NCBI GenBank assembly: GCA_033442325.1
Contig: JAWQFM010000004.1
Location: 2,080,694 to 2,144,693, forward strand
DNA from: Salpingoeca rosetta
Lineage: Eukaryota > Protista > Choanoflagellata
Reading direction: 5' to 3'
Length of the DNA: 64,000 bases
Below the pieces are notes generated by a model, which saw only the letters and a program-made list of their open reading frames with translations, searched no databases and had not been told where the DNA came from. Made by a program: the position numbers and the translations under genes. Positions 1 to 10,720 of the stretch are shown one piece after another (position 1 is the stretch's first letter; every line of letters starts with the position of its first letter).

Positions 1-787
1 CATGCAGGACAAAGTATGGGTCGTTCTTCAGCGTCAACAACCGATCGGTTAGCGCGTGGTTCACCACTGCACCAAGCAAAAGGGGATGTGAAGGGGCGTG
101 AGAGGAAGAGGGGTTTGGTGAATGTAGAGAGAAGGTGCGAGGACATGCATGCAATCACAAAGTGGGAGACAAAACAGCCCTCTCTCAACTACACACACAC
201 ATACACGCACACTCATGTGGCGTACCTGGGGGTGACTCCGTGCCTGGTTCCCAGCCAATGGGTGGAGACGCAGGTGGAGAGATGAGAAACTGCTTCGTCG
301 GCTCCGGTACCTTGAGGTACGACATTTGGGGCGGGTTCACATCAAAGGCCTGCCATGTGTGTTGGGGACAAGTGTAAAGGTGAGCCAGCAAGCGGCAGCG
401 ATATTGGGAAGAGGCGCATCGCACGAAACATCATACTCGCGATCACACACACACATACACACACACACACACACACACTCACTCACTCACTCACAGACAC
501 ACACACGTCCACACCACACACACACACACACACACACTCTCTCTCTCTCTCTCTCACACACTCACACTTGCGCGTGCGTGACGTACCTGGCCGAAATCCG
601 TGTCAATCTCGTGGCCATGGAATACAAAGCCGTGCAGCTTCAATCGCGCTTTCACGGCATCTTCTTGCTTCTCGTAGATGAACTTGATCTTGCATTCCTC
701 TGCAAGTGCATGCGCAGCTTGCGTGAGTCGCGCAACACGTCCATGGTGGTGGTGGTGGTGGTGGTGGTGGTCGTAGTGGGATGCACG

Positions 788-846
<59 letters not shown>

Positions 847-861
847 AGTGGGATGCACACA

Positions 862-893
<32 letters not shown>

Positions 894-1368
894 TACACAA
901 GGGCAGACACACGTGCACAGACACATGAAGGAACAACCGCACACGTGCACACGCAAATGTACCTTCGCTGATGATGATGTCATTCAGTTCGCCGCACCCT
1001 TCTGCTCTTGACATGAGCTGCATCTGCCGAGTGCGTCGTGGGTGGTCCAAGAAACAACCAGGCAGTGTTAGACACGCATATGAGCATGCATGCATGTGTG
1101 TGCGCGCGCGCACTCTTGAATCGCTAAACGACGGCCATCAACGCTCATGCATCAATGATCAACAATCAGCAACCGCAACATGACGTGGCAAGGCGAACCT
1201 CTGCTGCACTGTTTGTGAAAAAGCTGCACTGTTTGTGAAAAAGTCCTGCTCCAACGAGCAGATGACGGTGTTGGACGGAACAGCCGACACGGCCATGTCC
1301 TCCCGCGCCTCATTCCTCGCACTGCTCGCGAGGTTGCTCGACTCCTGACGACCGGCCGTGTTCATCAT
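1..1368 (-). CDS. RCAN: Calcipressin / regulator of calcineurin (RCAN), 3' end outside window
   Basis: Exons ~1368-1199 (MMNTAG...[17 protein letters not shown]), ~1023-963 ([20 protein letters not shown]), ~699-586 ([40 protein letters not shown]-like), ~340-226 ([25 protein letters not shown]) and 66-1 ([11 protein letters not shown]...YFVLH). FLISPPxSPP is the calcipressin signature. Exon 1 phase is disturbed by a 20-bp duplication. Confidence 0.9.
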
Positions 1369-1712
1369 GGATGGTGGTGGACGATGCGTCGTTGCCCCAG
1401 TTGAGGAACTGTTCGCGACACCACAAAATGTGTTCGCTTGTTGTGCTGGCTTTTGCTTGTGTTCGCGTTTGCCGCTCACTGCTGTCAACGTCTCACCTCC
1501 CCTGCTGCTGTGCAGCTTGCCTCCACGCTGACAACATAGCCATCACCATTGGGTTTCAATAACGCAATGCAATGTAACAACGTCAGGGCAACAGTGCACA
1601 TGAACACGTGCAGTTGTGGAAAGAACAGGAAAGAGAACAGCGTGAAAGGCCGCAAACCCTTCAACAATGCATAAGTCCAACACACACACAATCACACACA
1701 CACACACAATCA

Positions 1713-1810
<98 letters not shown>

Positions 1811-1857
1811 ACACAGTCACACAATCACACACACACACAAAATCACACAATCACACA

Positions 1858-2845
1858 CAATCACACACACACAATCACACACATCCAATCCAACCCAACC
1901 CCCTTCCCCCCCCCACACACACACACGACAATCAGGCCGCTGGTTGCGGGGCGGTGGCGAGAAGGGCCTCGAGCTGGTGCTTTGCGCTCTGCAGCTCCTT
2001 CATGGTGACGAGAATCACGTAGCGCTGCTTCTCTGTCGCGTCCGTGATGTCAATCTGCGTCGGCATGGCCAGACCAACGGCCGTGTTGTCGTACGCGGTC
2101 GTGCATGCCGACAGCACCGCGTTGTACATGCTCGTCACCTGCGGGTCCTGCAACGCAAGGAAGGACGCGAACCAGTTCACCGGCTCCTGTGAGCCATCGC
2201 TGCCACTGCCGCTTGTGGAAGCAAGCGCTTGCGTCGTGGGCACCTGCTGGCGGCAGTGCACCACCCAATGCTGTGCGGCGCGCACAACGGACACGCACGC
2301 CCGCGTCCACGTGCTCAGGGACGCAGCGAGCGCCCGCTTCATGTCCTGGGCCAGCGCCGTGAACCGCTGCAGCCGCCACGCCGACACATCGCTCGACTGC
2401 AGCGTCTGCACCAGTTCCTCGGCGACAGGGTGATACGGTGCGTCGAGCGCCCCCTGCAGGGTCGCCGCCACAGTCTCCAGGGACGCCTGCAGCGTGGCTG
2501 TGCGCTCGTGAACGCGGCGGCGTGCGCTCTGGAACGAATCGAGAAACATGGCGCCGTTGTTGTTGCTGCTGCCACCAACCACGTGCAATGCCATTCGCAG
2601 GGGCCGCAGGGCGCGCAGCAGCCACTTCTCGCACACGGCGTGGTACTCGCACTTGGTTTCGAGCTGGCGCTGCAAATGGGCGCGAAGGGAGGCCTCAAGC
2701 TCAACCGCACCCATCACATCCACATGCGGCGCGAAGCACGGCAGCGACACATCCGCATCATCATCATCATCGCCACCACCACCACCACCACCGCCATCGG
2801 TACCACTGCTGGCACCGTCTCCACCGCTCGTGCTGCCACCTTCAC

Positions 2846-2915
<70 letters not shown>

Positions 2916-4020
2916 GGCGTGGGGTATGGGGTTTAGGACAAAGGGGTGTTAAGCGAACCACACGATACAATCACACACACACAATCACACACATCCAATC
3001 CAACCCAACCCCCTTCCCCCCCCCACACACACACACGACAATCAGGCCGCTGGTTGCGGGGCGGTGGCGAGAAGGGCCTCGAGCTGGTGCTTTGCGCTCT
3101 GCAGCTCCTTCATGGTGACGAGAATCACGTAGCGCTGCTTCTCTGTCGCGTCCGTGATGTCAATCTGCGTCGGCATGGCCAGACCAACGGCCGTGTTGTC
3201 GTACGCGGTCGTGCATGCCGACAGCACCGCGTTGTACATGCTCGTCACCTGCGGGTCCTGCAACGCAAGGAAGGACGCGAACCAGTTCACCGGCTCCTGT
3301 GAGCCATCGCTGCCACTGCCGCTTGTGGAAGCAAGCGCTTGCGTCGTGGGCACCTGCTGGCGGCAGTGCACCACCCAATGCTGTGCGGCGCGCACAACGG
3401 ACACGCACGCCCGCGTCCACGTGCTCAGGGACGCAGCGAGCGCCCGCTTCATGTCCTGGGCCAGCGCCGTGAACCGCTGCAGCCGCCACGCCGACACATC
3501 GCTCGACTGCAGCGTCTGCACCAGTTCCTCGGCGACAGGGTGATACGGTGCGTCGAGCGCCCCCTGCAGGGTCGCCGCCACAGTCTCCAGGGACGCCTGC
3601 AGCGTGGCTGTGCGCTCGTGAACGCGGCGGCGTGCGCTCTGGAACGAATCGAGAAACATGGCGCTGTTGTTGTTGCTGCTGCCACCGACCACGTGCAGTG
3701 CCATTCGCAGGGGCCGCAGGGCGCGCAGCAGCCACTTCTCGCACACGGCGTGGTACTCGCACTTGGTTTCGAGCTGGCGCTGCAAATGGGCGCGAAGGGA
3801 GCCCTCAAGCTCAACCGCACCCATCACATCCACATGCGGCGCGAAGCACGGCAGCGACACATCCGCATCATCATCATCATCGCCACCGCCACCACCACCG
3901 CCACCACCATCGGCGCCACTGCTGGCACCGTCTCCACCACTCGTGCTGCCCCCTTCACCCTGCTGCTGCTGCTGCTGCTGTTGCTGCTGTTGGCGTGGGG
4001 ATGGGGGTTTGACAAAGGGG
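1858..4020. repeat. Direct tandem duplication (offset 1110 bp) of the 3' part of the U-box-dynamin gene
   Basis: 1858-~2946 matches 2968-~4020. The ORF track shows identical peptides offset by 1110 (2044 vs 3154). Mismatches accumulate toward the poly-Q end of the first copy. Confidence 0.95.
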
Positions 4021-5932
4021 ATGCCGAGCGCACGCACGTCCTCCTCCAGGGCGTCGAGCTTGGTGGAGAGGCGGGCAATGGCCTGCGGGGTCCAGTGCTC
4101 GTACAGATACTGCGTGTACTTGTCACACAGGCGGCGGCACATGTAGTCGATGCCCCACACGGGCTGCACGCCCTCCAGATCCACGTTGCTTTCGAACCGC
4201 TTGCGCTCGTTCACCTGCACCGTCTTGAGCGTTTGCAGGTACTCTGCACCGCGCACGGCGGTGGGGTCAAACTTGGGCGAGGAGCGACTGGCAAGCAGGC
4301 ACCACCCGTAGCCCATGGGCACGTGGGACCGGTTGGCCGGGTTCAACTTTTCGTTGATGACGTCCGCAACGGTCTCGTCGTCGCTCTCCGTGCGCACCAG
4401 GTCGCACTTGGTCAGCACGCCCATGCACGAGTCGAGGAGGTTGTGTTCCTGGATGAGGCTCAGCGCGCGCGCCTGGTTCATCGCCAGGCACGCGTCCAGC
4501 ACCACCAGGAACATGGAGTGGTCGCCATGGGCGGAGAGGTAGCGGCTGGTCAGCTTGCGCGTGTGCTCGGGCATGCTTGGCTCTGTAGCGCTCGTCTCCA
4601 CCAGCCCGGGCAGGTCAACGAGGTCCATTTCCGGGTAGGTGGGCCCTTGCAGACGCACCACAATCTCGTGGTGCAGCGACACGCCGTGTGGTTCGTCGCC
4701 GGGTGCACCCTCCGCGTTGAGCTGCTCCAAGATGTCCTTCATGTGCTGCCGTACTTGCGTCAGCATCTGCTGCACGGTGAAGTGCTGCGGGCGGTGTGTG
4801 CCCTGCGCACTGCTGCCACCCCCTGTGCGCCGCTGGTCGTGGGGTGTGGTCGTGCTGTCGCCCTCCTGGACTTCCCGGCGGGTGATGGTGGGCGCCTGCG
4901 CAACGCCGCGGCGCAGCTGCACGCGAATGGGCACGCGGGTGCACAGCTCGCGGTCGCGCGGGAAGATGGGCAGGCCAAGCAGCCGCTCCATGGTCGTGCT
5001 CTTGCCATGGTTCTCGCCACCGAGGATGACAATCTGCGGCGGGCTCCAGTCGATGCCCGAGCTGACATCCGTCAGGCGATCAAGGAGCGCCAGCGCCTTG
5101 GGCCGGATGGTGCGCAAGGAGGAAGGCTGCTCCGGCGTCATTGCCAGGGGCACGCGCGATGCAGTTGCAGCACTGCCCGCTGTGAGCGGTGATGTGGAGG
5201 ACGTGGGCGTTGGTGTACGTGTGCCTGATTCCTCCTGGTCGCCGTCGCCGTCGCCACGATGGCCTTGTCGCTGGCTGCCTTGCTGCTGCGCTGCCCTGAT
5301 GTAGGCCTCAAGGGCATCCCTCAGGTTTCGGTTAGGGGTGAGCTCATCCCTCAGCATCTCCTGCGTGAGCGGCGACCGCTTGTCCCGGCGCATCCAATCT
5401 TCAATTGCCGCGCGCTCATCTGTTCGTGTCGTGTGTTGGGTGTGTGTGTGTGGGGGGGGGGTTGTGTGTTGTGTTGCGAGAATGTATGAGTGTGTGTGTT
5501 TTGTGTTGTGTGTGTGTTGTGTGTGTTTTGTGTTGCGTGTTTTGTGTTGTGTGCGTGTTGTGTGTGTTTTGTGTTGCGTGTGTTGTGTATGTGTTGTGTG
5601 TGTGTTGTGTGGATGCACAACATACAGCACACAACAACACACAACATACAGCACACACACACACACATTACACAAACACACAACACGCACACACGAGATG
5701 GCACATGTGAGCCAAATTGCGTGTGCCACAGACTAACAACCCAAGTGCGGACAGACGCGTGACAAACCAAAGCCAAAACGCGCAGTTCGTTCACCACAAT
5801 GTTCCCTCCTCCAACACACGCACGCACACACGCACATGTGTTGCCGTCGCTTGCAACCACGGGATCGGTCATCAACTCCAATGTTATGGGGCAGGTGAAG
5901 GCCCGCGTATCTTCTGCTTCCGGCGTCGCCAT
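3042..5932 (-). CDS. U-box domain-dynamin-related GTPase fusion protein
   Basis: Exon 1 (5932-5836) splices GT-AG in phase to exon 2 (5419-3042), rebuilding a U-box: FTCPITLELMTDPVVASDGNT/YERAAIEDW...SPLTQEML...PNRNLRDALEAY. Dynamin motifs follow: G1 PQIVILGGENHGKS, G2 FPRDRELCTRVP, G3 DLVDLPG, G4 GVLTKCD. A helical stalk and a GED-like C-terminus (DATEKQRYVILVTMKELQSAKHQL) complete it. Confidence 0.9.
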
Positions 5933-6556
5933 CGTCGCTGGGTGGTTGTGTGTCGTGTGGATGGTGTGTGATGGTGTGTATGTTGTGCTGGAAATGAGTG
6001 GTTGGTGTTGGTGTTGTTGTGGGGTTGTTGTTTGTGTGGCTGTGCATGGAGAAAAATCAAGGAAAACGTAGCAAATATTCCAGCACAGTCAGTGCGACCA
6101 CTGCCGAGCTGTTGTGTCTGCGGATGTTGTTGTGGAGTTGTGCCTAGCCTTTGTGCAGCTTGCCTGCTTGCATATGTAGTCATGCATTGCCAAAGGGAAC
6201 ACACTTCTTGCTTTGTCTTGAGAGTGGGTAAACAGTCAGCGATGACATGAAACGGGAACAAGTGACATGCTAATAACACGGAGAGATGTTGGCGACAGGC
6301 TACAGGTGCAGAGGTGTTCTCATGTTCTACTGCTTCTACTGCTTCAAGGCATCCTCACTCACCCATGCACAAAGACCCAATTCAAGCCAAAAGAAGCAAC
6401 AACGCACAATGAGGAAGAACACCCCCCCCCCACACACACACACACACACGCACACACACACACACAAATACATGAGCATACACACGCACACAGCACCCAT
6501 CGCACACACGAACATCAACACAAATGTACACACACACACACACAACCAGCACAACA

Positions 6557-7714
6557 TCACATGAACACCTGCCCTTGAACAATTGTGTTCCACACATCGC
6601 TATCGAAGGAGCTCAGCGGGTTACCCCGCACGTCGAGATTGCCGGTGATCACCTCCAGTCGCCCACGCTCGATTGTTGTCAAGCGGTTGTTGCTCAGGTC
6701 AACGTTGCCACTAACATGCGTCAGCTCACCAAAGTCCATGTGCGTGAGTTGGGCATTGGCCACACTGAGTCCACGTGAAAGGGCTGCGAGCTTGCCCATG
6801 CGCAACTCCTCCAGCCTCGACAGGGAGCTGAGGTCCACACGGCCGCCCACGGTTCGCAAGTGATTGAAGTCAACTGTAGTGAGCTGGGCACACTGACTGA
6901 CAAGAAGCGAGCCACCCACGTACTCAATGCGCTGAAGGTCCAGCGTTGTCAGCTTGGTTACAATGGAAAAAGAAATATCTCCTTCCACCCTTGTCAACTG
7001 GCCAAAATCAACGCGCTTGAGCGCGGCAGAGTGGACCTTCACATTGTGTGGAAGAGTTGCCAAGTTGCCCAGGATGACTGCTTCACGCCTTGGTAAGTAC
7101 TGTAAGGACAGGTCACCTCCCAACGTTTGCAAGCCACTGAGATCAATGCTGAGCAAAGAGTCGCATCGCCAAATTCTCACGTCTCTGTCGACACGCTCCA
7201 GTTGCTGTGTGGTGAACATGCTGAACAAGCTCCGATACAGTGTGATGCTGCCATTCACTCTTGTCAGCGCGCCAAGGTCAACGGACGTGAGCTTTGGGGA
7301 GTTGACCTCAAGGTCCTGCTCCAGAACTGTCAGTTGGCCCATGTCGAAGGCCTCAAGGTTTTGCAACTCGCTAACGTCCATGACACCGCCCAGCTCTTGC
7401 AAGCTGCCGAGGTCAATGCTGGTCAACGTGTCGCTGATCCGAAACTTAATGTCGCCGCCAACAGACACGGTACTGCCGAGCGTTATGGTCGTGAAATCGC
7501 TGCGTGACAGGTCCATGTGTTCTGTGATGGCTAATGTGGTGGCATGCTTCTGTACTGCTTTCGCTTGTTTAGCGGTGGACGCGAAGGTGGATAGCCTGCG
7601 TCTGTGTCGCTGCTTGGAGCATGCATCCGCATGTGCATCACCATGTGTTCTGACATGATGTGCTCGTGGGAACAAGAGGGAGCTGTGCCTTGCCCGCGAC
7701 GCCACAAAAATCAT
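6557..7714 (-). CDS. Receptor L-domain / leucine-rich repeat-like solenoid protein
   Basis: Intronless ORF with ~22-aa repeats of the type LxxIDLxxLxxVxGxLxI (LTSIDLGSLQELGGVMDVS, LTSVDLGALTRVNGSITLY, LTTVDFNHLRTVGGRVDLS), as in receptor L domains and fungal Ecm33-like proteins. True start and extra exons are uncertain. Confidence 0.75.
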   Translation of the reverse strand: MIFVASRARHSSLLFPRAHHVRTHGDAHADACSKQRHRRRLSTFASTAKQAKAVQKHATTLAITEHMDLSRSDFTTITLGSTVSVGGDIKFRISDTLTSIDLGSLQELGGVMDVSELQNLEAFDMGQLTVLEQDLEVNSPKLTSVDLGALTRVNGSITLYRSLFSMFTTQQLERVDRDVRIWRCDSLLSIDLSGLQTLGGDLSLQYLPRREAVILGNLATLPHNVKVHSAALKRVDFGQLTRVEGDISFSIVTKLTTLDLQRIEYVGGSLLVSQCAQLTTVDFNHLRTVGGRVDLSSLSRLEELRMGKLAALSRGLSVANAQLTHMDFGELTHVSGNVDLSNNRLTTIERGRLEVITGNLDVRGNPLSSFDSDVWNTIVQGQVFM

Positions 7715-7910
7715 CACAACTTGTCTTGTTGCTTTGTGCTTGTTTTCAGAAGGCGTTGCCTCACATCACATCACAACACCATCAACCACGCCGCCACCAC
7801 TTCTCCTGACGATGAGCAGCCGCCACTGTCATGTCCAAGAGCAGAAGAGCTTGTGGGTGCATGTGTTGTGGTTTTCGTTCATGAGAGAGTGCATCAGTGC
7901 CATAATATCA

Positions 7911-8063
7911 ATGCCGCCACGACCTCCAGCTCTCTCCACACTGCTGATGCTGTCGTCGCAGATTGCAGCGCTGTTGTTGCTCGCGACAGCGTTCAAAGGT
8001 GCAATTGCGATTGTGTGTGGTCGAACGTGTTGGTGTTTGCATTCTGTTTCCAAAGCGAAATGA
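7911..8063 (+). other. Possible 5' gene fragment: signal peptide plus Cys-rich cap
   Basis: MPPRPPALSTLLMLSSQIAALLLLATAFKGAIAIVCGRTCWC...*: hydrophobic leader, AxA site, then CxxxCxC. It stops where the lipase block begins. Confidence 0.25.
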
Positions 8064-8334
8064 GCGTTCAATGAAGTTGGGCATTTGAGGTCTCTTGACG
8101 AAAGGCCAAGTAACATGAAACGACTTACACTTGAAACTTTGGTCTTTACAGACCCATATACTTCAACATACAGATCGCTTGGTTGAGAGGACACACCACA
8201 AGAGCACGACGCGAAGCCAGCAGGTGTCACATCAAACAGATGGAATGCCAGGAATTCGGGAGCGACATTCGGCAAGCAAGAACGAACACAGACGAAGTAT
8301 TCCATCGTCGTCACGGGACCCAAAGACCTCAAGC

Positions 8335-9786
8335 TTATTCGTTGATCCAATGTTGTGTGTCCTTAAACTTTTCAGCAAGGTCAAGAAGTAATGTGACATA
8401 TGCACTGTGAGCCTTCAGTCCGTTTGAAACCCCTGTCCGATCTCCAGAGAGACTGATTTCATACACTTGATTGTGCTGCATTCCCACCCGTTCCAGGAGC
8501 CTTGGCACTGGATCTGAGTCAATCAGAAACCGAAAGTGACGGATGCTGGTTTGGGGTATGAGGTTCTTGTCCATAAAGGCGGGGGAGGCGAACGTGAATA
8601 GAAAGACGCGAGCTTCTTTGAAATGCTCGTGTATAGCCAGACTGATTAGGGTTGCAAGTGCTGCTCCTTGACTATGGCCAACAACGACGAAAGCAGGACA
8701 GCGACATGCATTGACCGGTTTTATCTGTTCCATTCGCTCGGCCACATGGTCACGGATGCTGGGCCACAGTAACTGAAATCGCTCGAAGTAACCGCGATGG
8801 ATACGAACCGCTTCGGTATTGCCAAGTATTCCACCAGCAGGCTCGGTGTGAGGACACATCCGCAGGTTCCCACCAAGCCAGTCGTTTAACATGGCCATGT
8901 TCATCTTGGTTGGGGGGTAACTGCCTCGAACAGCGATGTTGAACTCGAGGCCAGCGTCGTTTAACTCCGACGGGGCTTTGGCACTGTTATGCAAGACTGG
9001 TTCCTCATCTACCCATCGATGAGGCATATCAACTTTGGTACCGATAAGCACAGCATGTCGATGTTGGCTCGTTTCAATACATGCCCATGACCGCCCAAGC
9101 AGGAACTCCGCAAAAGTAGCGTCACGCGTTGAACCGTTCTTAAGGGTGAGCTTCCCATAATCGGTGTCTGAGTCGCCTTCCACAACTGACTTAATGCGCT
9201 CCTGATGGTCCAATTGTGACTTCAAGCCAGTTGTCAGGCCTTCGTATGTGACTTGGTATGTGAGATCAGCAAGTGCAGCAGCATGTGCCAATTTGTCATG
9301 CAGATGCTTAACTGCCTCCTGGACAACTGAGGCGGTGGTCGTGTCAACTTGTCGAAGGGTCTGACCATGACCGAGGAGCGCTTGTGCGGCTGTAACCAGA
9401 TCACTGTGGTCTTGGTTGAGGCTGGTCAGGCATTTAAGAAGCTCGGCGTTGGTCACTCTGCCATTCCAAGCAGCAAGGAAGTGGCTCATCCACCATTTTG
9501 GCTGAGCGTCATCACCCACCGCTGAAAGGTCCAGTGTGTCCGACCTGTGGTGCATGTTGGCTGGAACTAACTGCTCAATGTGGTACGGTTTGTCCAAGTC
9601 AGCCTGCTTTGCACGACCAATAAACTGCTCTTCCATATCCACGTACTTTGGGCCAACATACAGCTGTGGGATGTATTGCCCATGAAGGGTTGTGCACGCA
9701 GGACCTTGAGGTCGAAAGGTCAAGCCTGTGAAGTACAACATTGCGATGCCAGAGGCAGCGCAAGCCGCGACAATCGCGGGGAGCAT
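8335..9786 (-). CDS. Class 3 lipase-like alpha/beta hydrolase (483 aa from first ATG), intronless
   Basis: IAVRGS, VRIHRGYF, nucleophile elbow VVVGHSQGAALA, FTFASP, catalytic-Asp context DSDPVPRL, C-terminal His (KAHSAY). N-terminus is hydrophobic (MLPAIVAACAASGIAMLYF). Confidence 0.88.
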   Translation of the reverse strand: MLPAIVAACAASGIAMLYFTGLTFRPQGPACTTLHGQYIPQLYVGPKYVDMEEQFIGRAKQADLDKPYHIEQLVPANMHHRSDTLDLSAVGDDAQPKWWMSHFLAAWNGRVTNAELLKCLTSLNQDHSDLVTAAQALLGHGQTLRQVDTTTASVVQEAVKHLHDKLAHAAALADLTYQVTYEGLTTGLKSQLDHQERIKSVVEGDSDTDYGKLTLKNGSTRDATFAEFLLGRSWACIETSQHRHAVLIGTKVDMPHRWVDEEPVLHNSAKAPSELNDAGLEFNIAVRGSYPPTKMNMAMLNDWLGGNLRMCPHTEPAGGILGNTEAVRIHRGYFERFQLLWPSIRDHVAERMEQIKPVNACRCPAFVVVGHSQGAALATLISLAIHEHFKEARVFLFTFASPAFMDKNLIPQTSIRHFRFLIDSDPVPRLLERVGMQHNQVYEISLSGDRTGVSNGLKAHSAYVTLLLDLAEKFKDTQHWINE

Positions 9787-10339
9787 CTTTAGGGTCGTCG
9801 CGGTTTCACACTTCTGACGCGTCGTACAACTGTCTCGTGGAAAATGTGCTGCAAGTATCACCAGAAAGCATGAAAGGCGGCGGCCACTCAGAGGCTTGCG
9901 AGCCTGACACACCCCCTGCCAATTTCGCGCCCCGACTTCCTCTTTTTGGACTATTGTACCTGCCAGCAAAACAACCTGCCTGTTTTAGCAACCGAGAGTT
10001 GCTAACGTACCACCAACATGGCAGTCCCGACGTCACCAACACCGGTCACACATTGCTGTGTGTCTTTCCTCTGAACGAAGGCGAATTGTTGCAATGATGG
10101 CTGTCGCAAATACTTCCGTGTGAAAGACAGTGATCCCCGTCAAACACCTTCGAGCCAGACACTGCTGAACGACACACGAGATCAGAAATGCCAGTGGTGT
10201 GTGGTGTGCTTGCGTGTGAATTTGCGTGAGGAAGCTTGTGTCGATGTGCCTTTGTGCTTTGTGGGGAAAATTGGCTCCAACACCCGCAAGCATTCTGCGA
10301 CACACTGCACGCAACAGCAGGGCGCCAACGTGACGCTTT

Positions 10340-10720
10340 GGCTCCTTGGGTCTCCCTTCAGTCCCTTCAATCTTTCACATCAGTTAGCCTGGGCCTCTTA
10401 ATCTTCCTCCTCCTCACTCACCCCAGCCCTCCCAACCCCACCTCAACGACCTCAGCCTCTGCTCAGCCAATAGTCCAGTCCTCTTCTATTTCTCGTCGAC
10501 TGATCAGTCCTACAGTCTCCGCTTCTCTGGCTAACGGGCTGACCTTTTGTGTTTTCCTCGAGACTTCTAGTCTACACACATCTTCACTGACAGCCTGGTG
10601 GCTAGGCAGGGGTGTAGGTCCTGAGGACTGGAGAGGAAGAGGAGTGGAAGAACGATGGGCTGCTCCTCTAAATGTTGGAATGTTCAAATAATCCTCCTCC
10701 AGCAGACCTTTTTTATCTGT
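10340..10720. other. Compositionally foreign ~380-bp segment (possible TE or viral fragment)
   Basis: CpG-poor, rich in CT/AG words and CTA/TAG, no CA tracts, unlike the flanks. No recognisable ORF. Confidence 0.35.

Noticed and set aside
326-1113. ORFs rich in HTHT/CVCV or poly-C/H (here and throughout the window)
   Set aside because: Translations of intronic (CA)n/(GT)n microsatellites, not metal-binding proteins.
3339-5192. 617-aa antisense ORF over the dynamin gene
   Set aside because: Expected shadow ORF of GC3-rich coding sequence; no motifs.
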